A stretch of DNA of 63,762 nucleotides, counting the filler, from Diploschistes diacapsis (lineage: Eukaryota): the NCBI GenBank assembly GCA_023645945.1. It is 22 parts of 22 records of this genome, joined end to end, with 100 filler letters (N's around TTAATTAATTAA, not from the genome) between each part and the next. Parts side by side here need not be neighbours in the genome. Positions count along the whole stretch, not along the records: positions 1 to 19,297 come from JALAIB010000376.1; positions 19,398 to 38,688 come from JALAIB010000377.1; 20 more parts are not named here. One strand, given 5' to 3'. The translations under genes and the position numbers were made by a program. Below the pieces are notes generated by a model, which was not told where the DNA came from, searched no databases, and saw only the letters and a program-made list of their open reading frames with translations. Below are positions 11,238 through 23,541 of this stretch, one piece after another (the stretch's first letter is position 1; every line of letters begins with the position of its first letter).

Positions 11238-13207
11238 ATGCGTCGAGACATCTCTATCGCCCACCCCGAGCGTCAAGGGACGACGGAGACCAATGGCGAC
11301 AATCTTGATGTGGATGCTATTATCGTTGGCGCTGGGTTTGCAGGCATCTATATGCTTCACAAGCTTCGAGATGAGCTAGGGATGACGGCCAAGGTCTTCG
11401 AGGCAGGAAAGGACATTGGTGGTGCCTGGTACTGGAACTGCTACCCAGGAGCCAGAGTGGACAGCGGCGCACCTGTGAGTCTTTTAGATTCTGCTTCTCT
11501 ATACACCGACCCTATTCGAAGCAGACATGAATGCAGAAGTGGCACCAGTGGTACTTTTTCAAGCATTCAACTCTGAAGAATTCTTTATACCTACCACGGA
11601 TGCTGCTTCAAGCGAACTATACTGCGGGTTGTCTGCGCAAAGGCACCGCCCTTCACCATACTTTCATCTCGACCCCACACTGGGGATTGCTTGTTTCTGC
11701 ATTGAGACGATTGGTCCATTGCAAGCAACGAAGAAGCCAGTCATACTGACAAATATCACAGGTCTACGAATACTCAATAGAGAAAGTATGGAAGGATTGG
11801 TATTGGTCTGAAAAGTTTCCAGCCACCCTAGAACTGAGAAAGTACTTTGACCACGTTGACAAAGTACTCGACGTTCGAAAAGACATAGCCTTCAACAGCA
11901 AGGTCATTGACGCCCAATTCGACGAGAAGTCGGGCAAGTGGCTAGTAAAAACAGAGGACGGACGCCTGGCGAGAGCCAATTACCTCATCCTAGCAACCGG
12001 TATCGCTGCGAAGCGGCATTTCCCAGACTGGCCTGGCCTCGACAGTTTCAAGGGCGAAATGCACCATTCGTCCTTCTGGCCCGAGGGCGGCATCGATGTA
12101 AAGGGCAAGCGTGTTGGTGTGGTGGGCACTGGCTCGACGGGAGTACAGATCGCTCAGGAACTGTCCAAAGAGGTTGGCGATGACGGAGCACTCACCGTCT
12201 TCCAGCGGACGCCAAATCTCGCGCTACCGATGCATCAGCGCAAGCTCACCAAGGAAGAACAAGACGAGATGAAGCACGATTACCACCAACTATACCAAGA
12301 CAGACTCAAGACGTTTGCCGGTTTCTTTTTCGACTGGTCCGAGAAAAAGACGTTCGACGTCAGCCCAGAGGAGAGGGAGAAGTTCTATCAGGACAAGTGG
12401 GACAAGGGAGGCCTTCACTTTTGGGTGGCGAACTACAGGGACCTGTTATACGAGTCGGGTCCGAACCGCGAGGCTTACAACTTCTGGGCGAAAAAGCAAA
12501 GAGCCCGCATCAGCGATGCTCGAAAGAGGGATATTCTTGCCCCACTGGAGCCGCCCCACTCGTTCGGCACCAAGCGCCCGAGCCTGGAGCAAGACTTCTA
12601 CGAGCAGTTCAACAGACCAAACATCGACGTGCAAGACGTCAAGGCGAATCCAATCAAGGAGGTGGCGGAAGACGGCCTCGTGCTGCAGGACGACACGCGC
12701 CACAAGCTCGACATCCTGGTGCTCGCCACGGGCTTCGACACGCTCACGGGCGGCATGAAGAACATGGGCCTCAAGGACGTGCACGGCGTGGAGCTGATGG
12801 AGAAATGGAAGACGGGCACATGGACGCACATGGGCATCACCTGCGCCGGATTCCCAAATATGTTCTTCATGTGCGGGGCGCAAGCGTCCACCGCCTTCGC
12901 CAACGGACCTACGCTGATCGAGCTGCAGGGCGACTACATCGCCAAGGTGATCGCCAACATGCGCAAGCAAGGGATCAAGTACATCGAGCCCACCAAGGCG
13001 GCTGAGGACGAGTGGCGCAAGCTGGTCATGGACCTCGACAAGCAGACACTGTTCCCGGGTACCAGCAGCTGGTACAACGGCGGCAACATCCCGGGCAAGC
13101 CGAGGGAGCAGCTCGGCTATCTTGGCGGCATCCCGGAGTACAACAAGGTGCTGAACGGGTCGGCAGACGGCTTCAACGGCTTCAACGTCGTGAAGCAGGA
13201 GGCATAG
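11238..13207 (+). CDS. Baeyer-Villiger monooxygenase (class B flavoprotein)
   Basis: GAGFAG, GGAWYWNCYPGARVDS, FKGEMHHSSFWP fingerprint, GTGSTG, ATGFD, SSWYNGGNIPGKPRE; intron 11475-11761. Confidence 0.92.
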
Positions 13208-13625
13208 CGACGGGTTCGAGTTGTGCCGCTGGAATTTAATACGCCATGAAGAGCTTGCCAGGCAAAGCTACTTTATCCGTTGCCTCTGGTCGTTCAGCTT
13301 CGCTATTGTGCGCTTTGCCGCGTGACCAGATGACTGCCAGTTTGTGCGTGTTGAACGGTTCGAGCTGGCGCATGCTTTTGTGGAGATATTGCCCGAGGGG
13401 GTTTACGACGGATATAAAGAAGCGCGCAGAGAGGTATGAGAAGGGAGACAATGGAGAAGGTGCAACAGGTCTTGGAAATGCTGAGATGGAGGAGGAGATG
13501 TTCTGAAGGCTGCTGCCAAGAGGGTTTTCATTTGTCATGCCTGTCAAGTAGGACATTCCTGATAGTGGTATTTTCAGGCGACTCTGTACGACAATCGGTC
13601 CCCGATCGGTCCCCGATCTTCGATT

Positions 13626-13733
13626 TGTGGTTTCACTACAGAGTTAAGCCTTAAACCCGAAAAGCTTGGCAATAGACTTTAATTTATACATCTATAGCTA
13701 CACAATTTGAACACACTATGCAATCGAATCACG
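13626..13733 (+). mobile_element. Solo LTR, same family as 119-228
   Basis: Colinear with 119-228 over its length (TGTGGTTTCACTAC...ATGCAATCGAATCAC); no clear TSD. Confidence 0.75.
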
Positions 13734-13922
13734 GTTTCGTATATACAAAATCAATCTTATGATCGAGACTTGAACACCTATCGCACATTTGGGAGTACTC
13801 CAACGTTTAAAATTCTTAGTAAGGGGTGGCATAGACGCATGCATAGCGATGAACAGCAAAACGACTCGAAAACAATTTATTAATTATTGAAATCGAAGTA
13901 CCATCAGGAAGCACGAATACGT

Positions 13923-15803
13923 TTAACTGCTTTTGTTTCCAGATACCATCCTAAACTGATTCGAATCGCACTCATCGTCATCATGCTCAACGATCGGACC
14001 ATGGTATTCCTTTCGACCTTTGACGGCATAGTATAGGAGGCTGAAGATCACCACTGCGCCCCAGAGTGCAGAGTTGTAGTTCATCTGAGTGGGCTGGATC
14101 ATTGTGCTTTCCGGCCAGAAGCTGAAGAATAAAGCTATTACCAGGAAACAGCAAACAAAAGTGTTCATGACAAGGCCCAGTGCGCCCTGGACGTGCCACG
14201 GCCCCCACGACAATTCTGTGCCTACTGTGTTGGACAACGTGGTATCCGAGTCGTTGAAAACGCCTATGCGACCTCCGCTACGTCTGTAGAGGAGAAGGGA
14301 CGTGGCAACCAGGTAGGAAGAATAGAGCCCAGCAATGGTCAACGACACGAGATCCTCGAACACTTGCGAAGATCCAAAGTTGATCAGCTGCAAGACCACG
14401 ACTACCGTGGCCGTGAGCATGACAGCATAAATCGGAACGGAAGTCTTCTTCTCGACCTTGGAGAAGACACTCCACCCGGGTACGCCATGATCACGTGAGA
14501 AGGACCAGAGTTGTCGAGAAGCTACGGCGAGGGAAGACGTGGTCGCGCAGATTTGCATGACTGCTATGACGAGGACCATCACAACTGTGCCTGTGGACGA
14601 GTTTGTCGCGACCTGAAAGATCTGTATGAAAGCATAGTTGGTAGGCGACGCGAGAGCCTGCGGAATATCCTGAATGCAGTACATGATAGTAACGAGCATT
14701 GCGAAGCCAAGTGTGCCGTCCAGAATATAGGTCGTTAAGATGGCCCGTGGGACAACAAGTTGAGCCCCTTCGATTTCCTCTGCAAGATGAATAGAACCGT
14801 CCGCTCCGGAGAATCTGATCTTGCAAATTAGTACACCAGGGCAATCAAGCAAATCCTTCAACGTACGTCCAAAGCATGCCCACAATACCCACCATGAAAG
14901 AAAGACCTTGGGACGGGTACTCGCCAAGATTCTCGAATTGCTCGAACACAAAGTCATTATCACGCTTAGGTGCCAGTACTGCAAGTGGGATAAGAATCGC
15001 AAAGACGCCGAAGATATGTAGCATAAGCATAGTCGCCTCGAAACGGGGGAGTAACAAGCCTCCGCGGGTATTGATGAGCACTGCGATTGTGATGGTAGCC
15101 CATGCTCCAAGCACCAGGTGCCAAGGGGCAGGAGTATACTCTGGATTGGCAACCGTAGCAAGACCCGTGAACAAGCTGGCCGTCAGGTACGCTCCAGATG
15201 CTGTGTTGGCTTGCCAGCCGCAAAGAGCAAGCCAGCCTGCTCTGTTTCAGCAATGAAGCAACGAAACTCTATCACGGAACTTGACAAACCTGTGATATAG
15301 CTTAGGAAGTCATGACAACTCCTAGGGGCGAGAATGGAGACCCAATGGTATTGACCGCCAGCAGTTGGTGCCCTACTTCTACATTAGCTTTGCTCAAACG
15401 GGCAGATATCTTATCACGGACATTGAAGTCATTTCGCTAATGATCACAAACGAGATCATGACGCCACACCAGACAAAGATGTACTGGTATATCAATCCAG
15501 CAGGTCCTCCATTTTGAAGCCCAAATTTTAGGGTTTCAAGTATGGTCTCCCATGAGATGAGAATGGTGCAACAGAACGCAAGAATCGATATGAAGCCGAA
15601 TTTTCTCTAGCAATATCGATTAGCCTTGAGCCTGAGCAGCAACATGGGCGGTTACGGACCTTGAGTACTGGTCTCTTGCCTAATCGCTTGAGAGCATTGC
15701 GGTCACGTTCGGACAGCATAGGCGAAGACCAGTTGTAGTCCCTTTCACCACCACCGTATGTCATCCTCCTCCGGTCGGGAAGGGGTTTCTCGACAAAAGC
15801 CAT
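13923..15803 (-). CDS. Amino acid/GABA/choline permease (APC superfamily)
   Basis: GGPAG, PTAGGQYHWV, GWLALCGWQA, GADGSIHLAEEI, SRQLWSFSRDHGVP motifs; introns about 15607-15659, 15373-15419 and 14815-14867. Confidence 0.9.
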
Positions 15804-16550
15804 AGCGGTTTGATTCTATGAACGACGCTTGAATAAAGAAGCTAATCATTTGAAAGATTCGGGGAGTCCTGGGCGCATCATAATCATAGAACAGGCCAAA
15901 AGAGAGGGCGTAGTCTGGATGTAGGTGGGTTGAATGCTTCTGCAGGTCTGATTAGGCGATAGCTGTGCCTCGCTTCATAACCCTCGGCATCGCCGATGAG
16001 AAGCGATGTGGATGAGAGAACTCTGACCAGCTAATGGTCCTAAGGACTGTCTGAGGTCACAGCTCGAGCTATCGGGCCATCCTTATGCAAATGTCTGGGC
16101 TGCATGCTTTTGATGTGACTGGTCTCTCGGCTCTAGGCTTTGTGGCAGAGCGCAAGATCGGCATGACTGACATACAACCCTATGGGGGACAAAGCTTCAG
16201 AACTACCGGCCATGGGTTACATCTGGCACATCTGCTTATCTACGTTCATTTCTGAAAGACAAGTCTCAGTCTCCACCTGGAAGCCGTTCATGAGCCAGCC
16301 CTTGCCAGCTTCAACAAGCATGATCTGCTTTGTGTCGTCATGGGAAATACCCTGCCTACTGGCAATCAGAGAGACATGTTACCCTGAACATGCTCGCTTT
16401 CGCTCAGGAAGCATATGGGCATGGCAGCTCAGCTAGATGCCCACGGCGCCTTGCGAATTGGCAGTGTTGTTCCCTCAGTCCTCACCATCTCTTTATATTG
16501 TGCCAGTATACTAGGTACCCAGTGCGGTTCCTCTATGCTGTTACTGCACG

Positions 16551-17575
16551 ATGGAGGGCGCCAACTTCGTGACTGATATAAATAAAGCACCACTGGTGCA
16601 GATTTTGACTCTGTTTTTCCTCTCCAGCGCCGTCATTTGTGCTCTATTCCGACTCTATACTAAATGGGTAGTGATAACGGTTGCAACACTGGATGATTAT
16701 TTCGTCCCAGTTTCCACAGTAAGAAGATCCTCGTTTATACAGCAGAGTGCAAGCACTAATAAAGGTTGTCGTGGCAGCTCTGCTTAATAACACAATCTGT
16801 AGCAGTGTCGGTTATGACTGTGAATGGATATGGAAAGCTACCAGCAGGGATTAGCAGCACGCAAAAGTCCACAATTCTCAAAGCACAATATGCAGCGATG
16901 CTGCTTTACATCCCCAGCCTTCTCTTCTCTAAACTGCCTACGCTGGTCATCCTTCATGTCATATCTCCATCGGAGCGCTTCCGCAGGCTGCTGCTTTTTA
17001 CCTCACTGGTGATTATAGCTTGGGCGATCAGTTCAGAACTCGTTTCTGCCTTTCAATGCCAGCCATCGAAGACCTGGGACTATATCAATGGTCGATGTGT
17101 GAACCGTAAGGCTTTCTACACCTACTTCGAAGCCATGAATGGCATTACGGAGCTTGCTCTGGTGGGCCTACCGTTTGTTGTCCTCGCAAACGTCAATACC
17201 TCCATACGTCGAAGGGTCAGTGTCCTATCTGTTTTCTGTGTACGGTTGATGTCCGTCGGGGCCATCGTAGCAAAGCTGATCTTGCTGGGATCCGGAACAA
17301 ACGACGATCCCTTCTTTGGCACCTGGCCAGTGACTATATGTACTCAGCTCATCCAATTCCTCTCTTTGATGTCAGCGTGTGTCCTCTATTTGAGACCTTT
17401 CCTGGAAGCTCTGACTTCAGGATTCATCAATGGTGACGATCTACGACGTCGAGGGCAGATCAAGCCGTACGCCCTGGAACCCGAAGAATCCTCGGTTGAG
17501 CTTACGACGGTAATGAGTCGAAGTAATGGCACGGCAGACTTTGGCAGAAGGCAGTCGGAGGGCACTCCTCTATAA
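16551..17575 (+). CDS. Second PTH11-like (rhodopsin-domain) membrane protein
   Basis: LDDYF, GYGK, FQCQPSKTWD...C, ACVLYLRPFLEAL; intron 16719-16777. Confidence 0.8.
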
Positions 17576-18160
17576 CATCAAAGAAGAGAGTGAACGAGAA
17601 AGAGCAATGATTCGAATCAATAAGGACTTGGTTCGCTCCATATTCAAGCCCAAAGCCTTGGAGATATAAGCATATGAATACGGTCAAAATTGAAAGTATT
17701 ACGACTCGTCAACTGTTGTCCAAGAGCGCTCTCGCGACTGAACTGAACGTATAATGCTTGATCATATTAGCCTAGTATCTTTTAGCCGCTGGCTGCTGAA
17801 CATAATGATTTGAAGTGTTTGGTGCGTATCGACCACAGTATCAAATAATGGGGATATACCGCTCCCCAAGGCTGGCACAATATCGACGATTTCCAATGTG
17901 TAGGTTATGTGAACAGTGCCGCCTTGTGTCACACCTGTGCTTGTTTGGCCCGTTAGTGTTTGGAAGGATGTACGGCCATCAGGCAATACTGATGATCCCC
18001 CTACGCCTCCGACGTACAGCAGCAATAATGATTTATAAGGGGGGGCTGCGCCACTTTGCTCAATTCAATGCCCCGCGGACGTGACCGTGTATAATATAAA
18101 AAAGACGTCCCAGACTCAACTGTTCACAGCCCAAGAACGAACCCGATCACGATTACGATA

Positions 18161-18925
18161 ATGGATTCAAGTCAGAACTTCAAGCCTGCTTTGCTGGTAG
18201 TGGATATGCAGGAAGATTTCTGTCCTCCGGTAAGTTTGATCTGTATCTTTGCGTTCTTGTATGAAGACTAAGCCCCTGATACGTAGAAAGGCTCATTGGC
18301 GGTAGAAGGTGGCCGGGATCTCGCTCAAGGCATCAACCGACTTCTCAAGCTTCCATTCGCACTAAAGGTAGCGACGCGAGACTGGCATCCTAAGGATCAT
18401 GCTTCCTTCGCAAGCAACCAGGAAGGTCCAAACAACGAGCCCTTTGAGCACAAGACGACGATGACGAATCCCGAGAACCCGGCGGAAACAAAGGAGTCGA
18501 TGCTCTGGCCGGTACACTGCGTCCAGGACACTACGGGCGCCGCAATCATCCCTGAGATCGACACCGACCGCTTTGACTTGGTTGTATCCAAGGGACAAGA
18601 CGCACGAATGGAAATGTATTCGGCTTTTAACGATATTTTCGGCAACAACGGTAGTAAAACGGGGGCCTCCGTCGATATAGCTAGCGTTTTCAAGCAAAAA
18701 CACATTACTCATGTCTATGCCTGTGGACTAACTGGCGACATCTGCGTGTTTGAGAATGCCATGGGAGCACGGAAGGCGGGTTTTGAGGTAGTCGTGCTTC
18801 AAGACTTGATACGGAGCGTGGACAGAAGGAAAGAGTCGGTCGCAAAGCAGATGGAGGAGGATGCCGGAATCGTCGTGGCGAGTACGACGGGTGCGGAAGT
18901 CGCTCGTGTAGAGAACCTGGCTTGA
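18161..18925 (+). CDS. PNC1: Nicotinamidase/pyrazinamidase (isochorismatase family)
   Basis: ALLVVDMQEDFCPP, intron 18230-18286, GSLAV, TRDWHPKDHASF, LWPVHCVQ, EMYSAF, GLTGDICV. Confidence 0.9.
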
Positions 18926-19297
18926 TTGGAGCATACCATAGTGAGTGTCTGGAGCAAGCAAGCAAGGCAAATTTTTTAATTTTTAAAGCGTTTTTTGCAG
19001 CGTGATATGAGCAGTATTTGTAAAAGGCTTATTTATGGGTGAGAGAAATCCCCCATATAGAATGTGAAGGATGTTTGGTGGTCAGCGTAGAGCATGTGTA
19101 GAGCCTCCACGTACAGTACTAGTCCAAAAGTAATGGTCCCTCGGTTAAATCGGTGCAAATAAACAATAAATGCCTACTATTATTTCTACAATAATACTAC
19201 CATATCGTCGTTTAAAGCTCTGGGAACGCTCTGAACTTATAGGCGCATACAGATCAAATATTATCCTAAAAAATATAGCTAATAGACTAAATATTCC

Positions 19298-19397
19298 NNN
19301 NNNNNNNNNNNNNNNNNNNNNNNNNNNNNNNNNNNNNNNNNTTAATTAATTAANNNNNNNNNNNNNNNNNNNNNNNNNNNNNNNNNNNNNNNNNNNN
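19298..19397. other. Artificial contig spacer (first of 21 identical spacers; next at 38689-38788, then about every 1.25 kb)
   Basis: N44-TTAATTAATTAA-N44 gives stops in all six frames; later contigs fall steadily from 1156 to 1152 bp. Confidence 0.97.
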
Positions 19398-19613
19398 ATG
19401 TGGGGGGATGGAAAGTAAGTTTACTGGGTAGTAGGTGAAGGCTGCTGGTGGCGGTGGATTTGATTGAACATGCAACAGCAAGGAGGCCATGGGGCTAGCA
19501 TTACGATCATGATATTGTATATTTACAACATTTGAGAAGCTTACTAGGTGATCTAGCTTCCGACGTTTAGGCTAGACCATATAGGACGATGCAAGGAAGA
19601 GCAAACGGCATTG

Positions 19614-22600
19614 CTAGTAGAGCTTCCTCTTCTCCTCAATGGTCTCGTAACATTGGACCTGGTCGTTGGGCCTGAAGTCCACGAAATCTTCAAAGCCGAG
19701 ACCACATTCCGTACCCTTGCGCATCTCCGTAACATCTTTCTTTTGGTTCTTGAGGGAGGTGAGAAGGCCTGATATAGTTAGCAATGGACTTTGCTCGAAG
19801 TCAGGAGCCCTTCATTGACTTACCATCATATACAACATTCTGGCCCCTCAAAATCTTTACCTTGCTACCCTTGGCCATGACCCCATTCCTCACCCTGCAA
19901 CCAGCAACGGGCATCTTTTTCCTTCCTTTCAGTGAGATCTCGAAGACCTGAGCGACCTCAGCTTCGCCCGTAACTCTGCTTGTGACGAGCGGTGGAAGCC
20001 TATCCTCTAGTATGCCCTTTACTTCATCTGTCAGCCGGTAGATGATGTTACCATCTATAATCCTGACGCCTGCTTTCTCGGCCATGCGCTTGATATTGCC
20101 GTCAACAGGCTGGTTGAAAGAGATGGCATGCCCGCCAGCTGCTGCAGCGAGCTCTATGTCCGTCTCGCTCAAAGGTCCAAAGGCGGAGCGGAGCACCGAT
20201 GCACGAATCTCTGACGTTCCGAGAGCAAGCACGGAGGCCTGCACGGCTTCAACAGACCCGGAAACATCGGCTCGAAGAACGAAAGGTACCGGTGCAAGAC
20301 CCGGGGTTTCTGCAGTCAAGTTTGCGTCTTCCTCTGGATCCAGCTTCCCTTCGCCAATGGCTTTCAGTCGCTCACGCTTCGCTTCTCCAACGCGACGCGC
20401 TTCGTTCATTGCGATGACGTCCGCAGCAAGTTTCTCGGATTCTGCTCGATTGACCCGTACCTCGACTGCGCGGCGTGCACGCTGCTCGTCAGGCGCCTGC
20501 AGCACTTCAGCCCCAGCGTCCGGTGGTTCGCGCCAACCGTCGACCTCGACAGGAGTACTCGGAGTTGCGAAGTCAACGAGAATGCCTGCCTCGTTTCGCA
20601 GAGTCTTTACTCGGCCCCAGGTCTCGCCTGCGACGAGCACATCGCCAGTCCTTAGCGTGCCACGTCGCACAAGCACAGTGGCGACCTTGCCGGATTTCTT
20701 GCTTGTGGCTTCCAGAACCCATCCCTCGACCTGGCCAGTGGTGTCTGCCTTGACGTCGAGAATGTCTGCGAGAGCGATCGCGGATTCCTCAAGATCCTCC
20801 ATCCCTAGACCCGTCTTGCCGCTGACACAGACGGTCTGGACATCGCCGCCAAAGTCTTCGACATCAATGCCCTGGCGAGATAGGTCTTGTTTGACACGCT
20901 CCGGATTTGCATCCTCCTTGTCCATCTTGTTGATTGCCACGATGATCGGGACTTTTGCAGCCTTTGCATGCTTGATGGCTTCAATGGTTTGCGGCTTCAC
21001 TGAGTCATCAGCTGCTACGACCAAGATTACGATGTCGGTCACGTTGGCGCCTCGTGCTCGCATGTCCAAAAACGCAGCATGACCAGGCGTATCTAGGAAT
21101 GTGATTAGTCTTCCAGAGGGCATTGAAACCGTGAAAGCGCCAATATGCTGAGTTATACCGCCATGTTCTGTCGCGGCCACAGAAGACTTTCGCAGCCAGT
21201 CAAGCAAAGTGGTCTTTCCATGATCAACATGACCCATAATGGTGATGATAGGAGGTCGAGGCATCAGCATAATCGTATCTTCAGAAGGCGGGAGAGGCTT
21301 GATGTCGTGCTCAGAGTCCTTGCTTGGAATTATGGGGTCAAAGTCAAACTCGGAGGCGATCAGGCCAGCAGTCTCGCCATCAATAATATGAGCATGGCCC
21401 ACATCTGCAAAGCCCATGGTGACGAGCTTCTTTTCAAAAGCTGCGACACGGACTTTCAGGGCAGAAGCGAGGTTGCCGATTGAAATAAATTCTGGTAAAA
21501 CGATATGACGGCCGGACGCTTTGGGTTTCTCTTGAGTCTTTTGCAGTTTTCGAAGCTGCTTACGCTTCCTCTTTTCCTGTCGGGCTATTTCCCACTCTTC
21601 GTCGTATATGTACTCTCGACCACCGGCATCTTCCTCGTCGTCACCATCCCGCCTGGTAGCCCTCTGCTTCCCTTTTTTCCGGCTACTATCCACACTTTGC
21701 GAGTCATGAGCGTCGTCTAAGCGAGCTTCGTAACGATCTCGTCTTGAAGGACTCTTTTCGGCTTTTAACCTCGACCTAAGCGGTGGATTCTCAACCTCAA
21801 GAGTGTCGTCGACAGGCGCTTGTGGCTCCATGATAGGAGCAAGCTCAGCCTCTAGCGGATCCTCCCTCGTCGAAGACGAACTTTGGTTGACTGTTGGAGA
21901 AGCCGAGCCCGCGTTACTGCGGGACACTGCTGGTGGACCCCGAAAGTTCTGTCGTGCTTGCTGTTGGTGCGTAGATGCCGAATCCCGCTGTCCAGGCTGG
22001 AAACTGACGAAGTCGTTCAAAACAGGCTGTGCTTGTCTATGCCCGGGCTCTTGCTGTATGGGGCGTTGACCGAATGAACCGGCGTCCCAGTTATTGCCAC
22101 CCGATCGCGCTCTGCGAGGCAGCTGACCCCATTGAGACAAACTTCCATCTTGCGAACGATGCGATACGCGGTCTCGCTCAGGGCGACTTTCCTGACGGCT
22201 CATCTGTTGCTGTCCATGCCCACCAGACCTCCATATCCGAGGCGGGTAACGAGGCTGTTCTAAACTTTGAGACTGTGTTTGCGACGTTACAGAAGGGTTG
22301 TGTGGTCCTCGAGGCTGGTTGCGATAGCCATCAAAATTTGCAGGCCGGTTGGTCCCAGTAGTAGGGTTTGGCGAAGGTCTGGAAAGCCTGTTGGATGCTG
22401 AGGCAGACTGAAAAAGCGACTGCAAATGATTTCTGGTTTCATCTAATCTTTGTGAGCTCGAGCGCTGTGGATATGACTTTTGACCGGCGTGTTGGTGGCC
22501 GCCTCTTTGAGAGCTCTGCAACGGCCGGGGCCCACTATCATCCTGAGTGGAAGCGGCGGCCTCATATGGTCGCTGTAACGTGGACGACGAGTGAAAAGAA

Positions 22601-22755
22601 TGCCATCGTGGCGAGCTCCTTGTCGGTGGAGCTTGGAATCGTAAAGCGCAGAAGATGCAGACCTGCGTCGGCGCATTACCCTACTGAGTGTCAGCAAAGT
22701 GAGTGATAACAGGGAATCTAACAAGCCGGACCTTTTGTAAACGAGAGACGCCCAT
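19614..22755 (-). CDS. IFM1: Mitochondrial translation initiation factor IF-2
   Basis: RPPIITIMGHVDHGKTTLLD, GGITQHIGAF, DTPGH, NKMD, GTECG; introns 22681-22731 and 19769-19823; first exon inferred. Confidence 0.93.
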
Positions 22756-23541
22756 GGCACGAGATGCAGATGGAGAGAAGGTCTAGAAATATGAAAGATA
22801 CTTCCAGCTTTTTTTTGCAGGGGGTTCGACGCTTTAGAAGACTTGTAGACCAATCAAATGGGTTTATAGCAAATTCTTCATCTTCTGCTCTTAAGCAGCA
22901 TCCTGTACGGTATGAGAATAATGCAACGCTGTCAAATCTCGAAGCATACATCCTATTCCAGTCGATTGATGATTAGTATGCAGACTTCTGCAAAATCTGC
23001 CTTGACTCTGGATGTTACAAACTATGCTATATGAAGAATAATATTTATCTAGCTCCCCCTCCCCCCCTAATATCTCATGATTTAATATCCTATCTTATAA
23101 CTGCTTTGAACCAGCCAGTGTTTGACAGCAACGGAGCAGTTCCTACTTTGAAGTAACTATCCGGTGTCCCCAGATCATACATCGGTAGCGTCTGCACGCC
23201 ACTCTTGTAGCTAATGGTATAGCTGAAGGCCTGCCCGATCGGCACGTTCCAAATTCAATAGAGCGTTCTTCTAATTGTCAGGTATGCAAGACCATAGCGA
23301 TCGGGCCCTTCCTTAGACGCACCGCGTCTCTAAACATCATAGTCTAACTCAAGACATATTGCGGAGGTTTGATGGGTAGATGAACGGCGAGAGAGACGCA
23401 TGGTTTTGCATTAATGTTACACGTTGGAAGAATGGGGTTTTGAACAATTTATCCGCCTGGCTGCTTTGCCCGAACCAATTGACGTCCCATAAATCCTACT
23501 CCGTATCCCAATCCAACTGAAATGCGCGTATCACAATGAAT

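Noticed and set aside
12315..13005. Long overlapping or antisense ORFs in BVMO (also IF2 20042-21082 and HOS2 48936-49757)
   Set aside because: Shadow frames from GC-rich codon usage; no recognisable motifs
21500..22755. Long Q/S/R-rich N-terminal extension of IF2 as a fusion
   Set aside because: Looks like a disordered extension plus targeting peptide, as expected for filamentous fungal mitochondrial IF2
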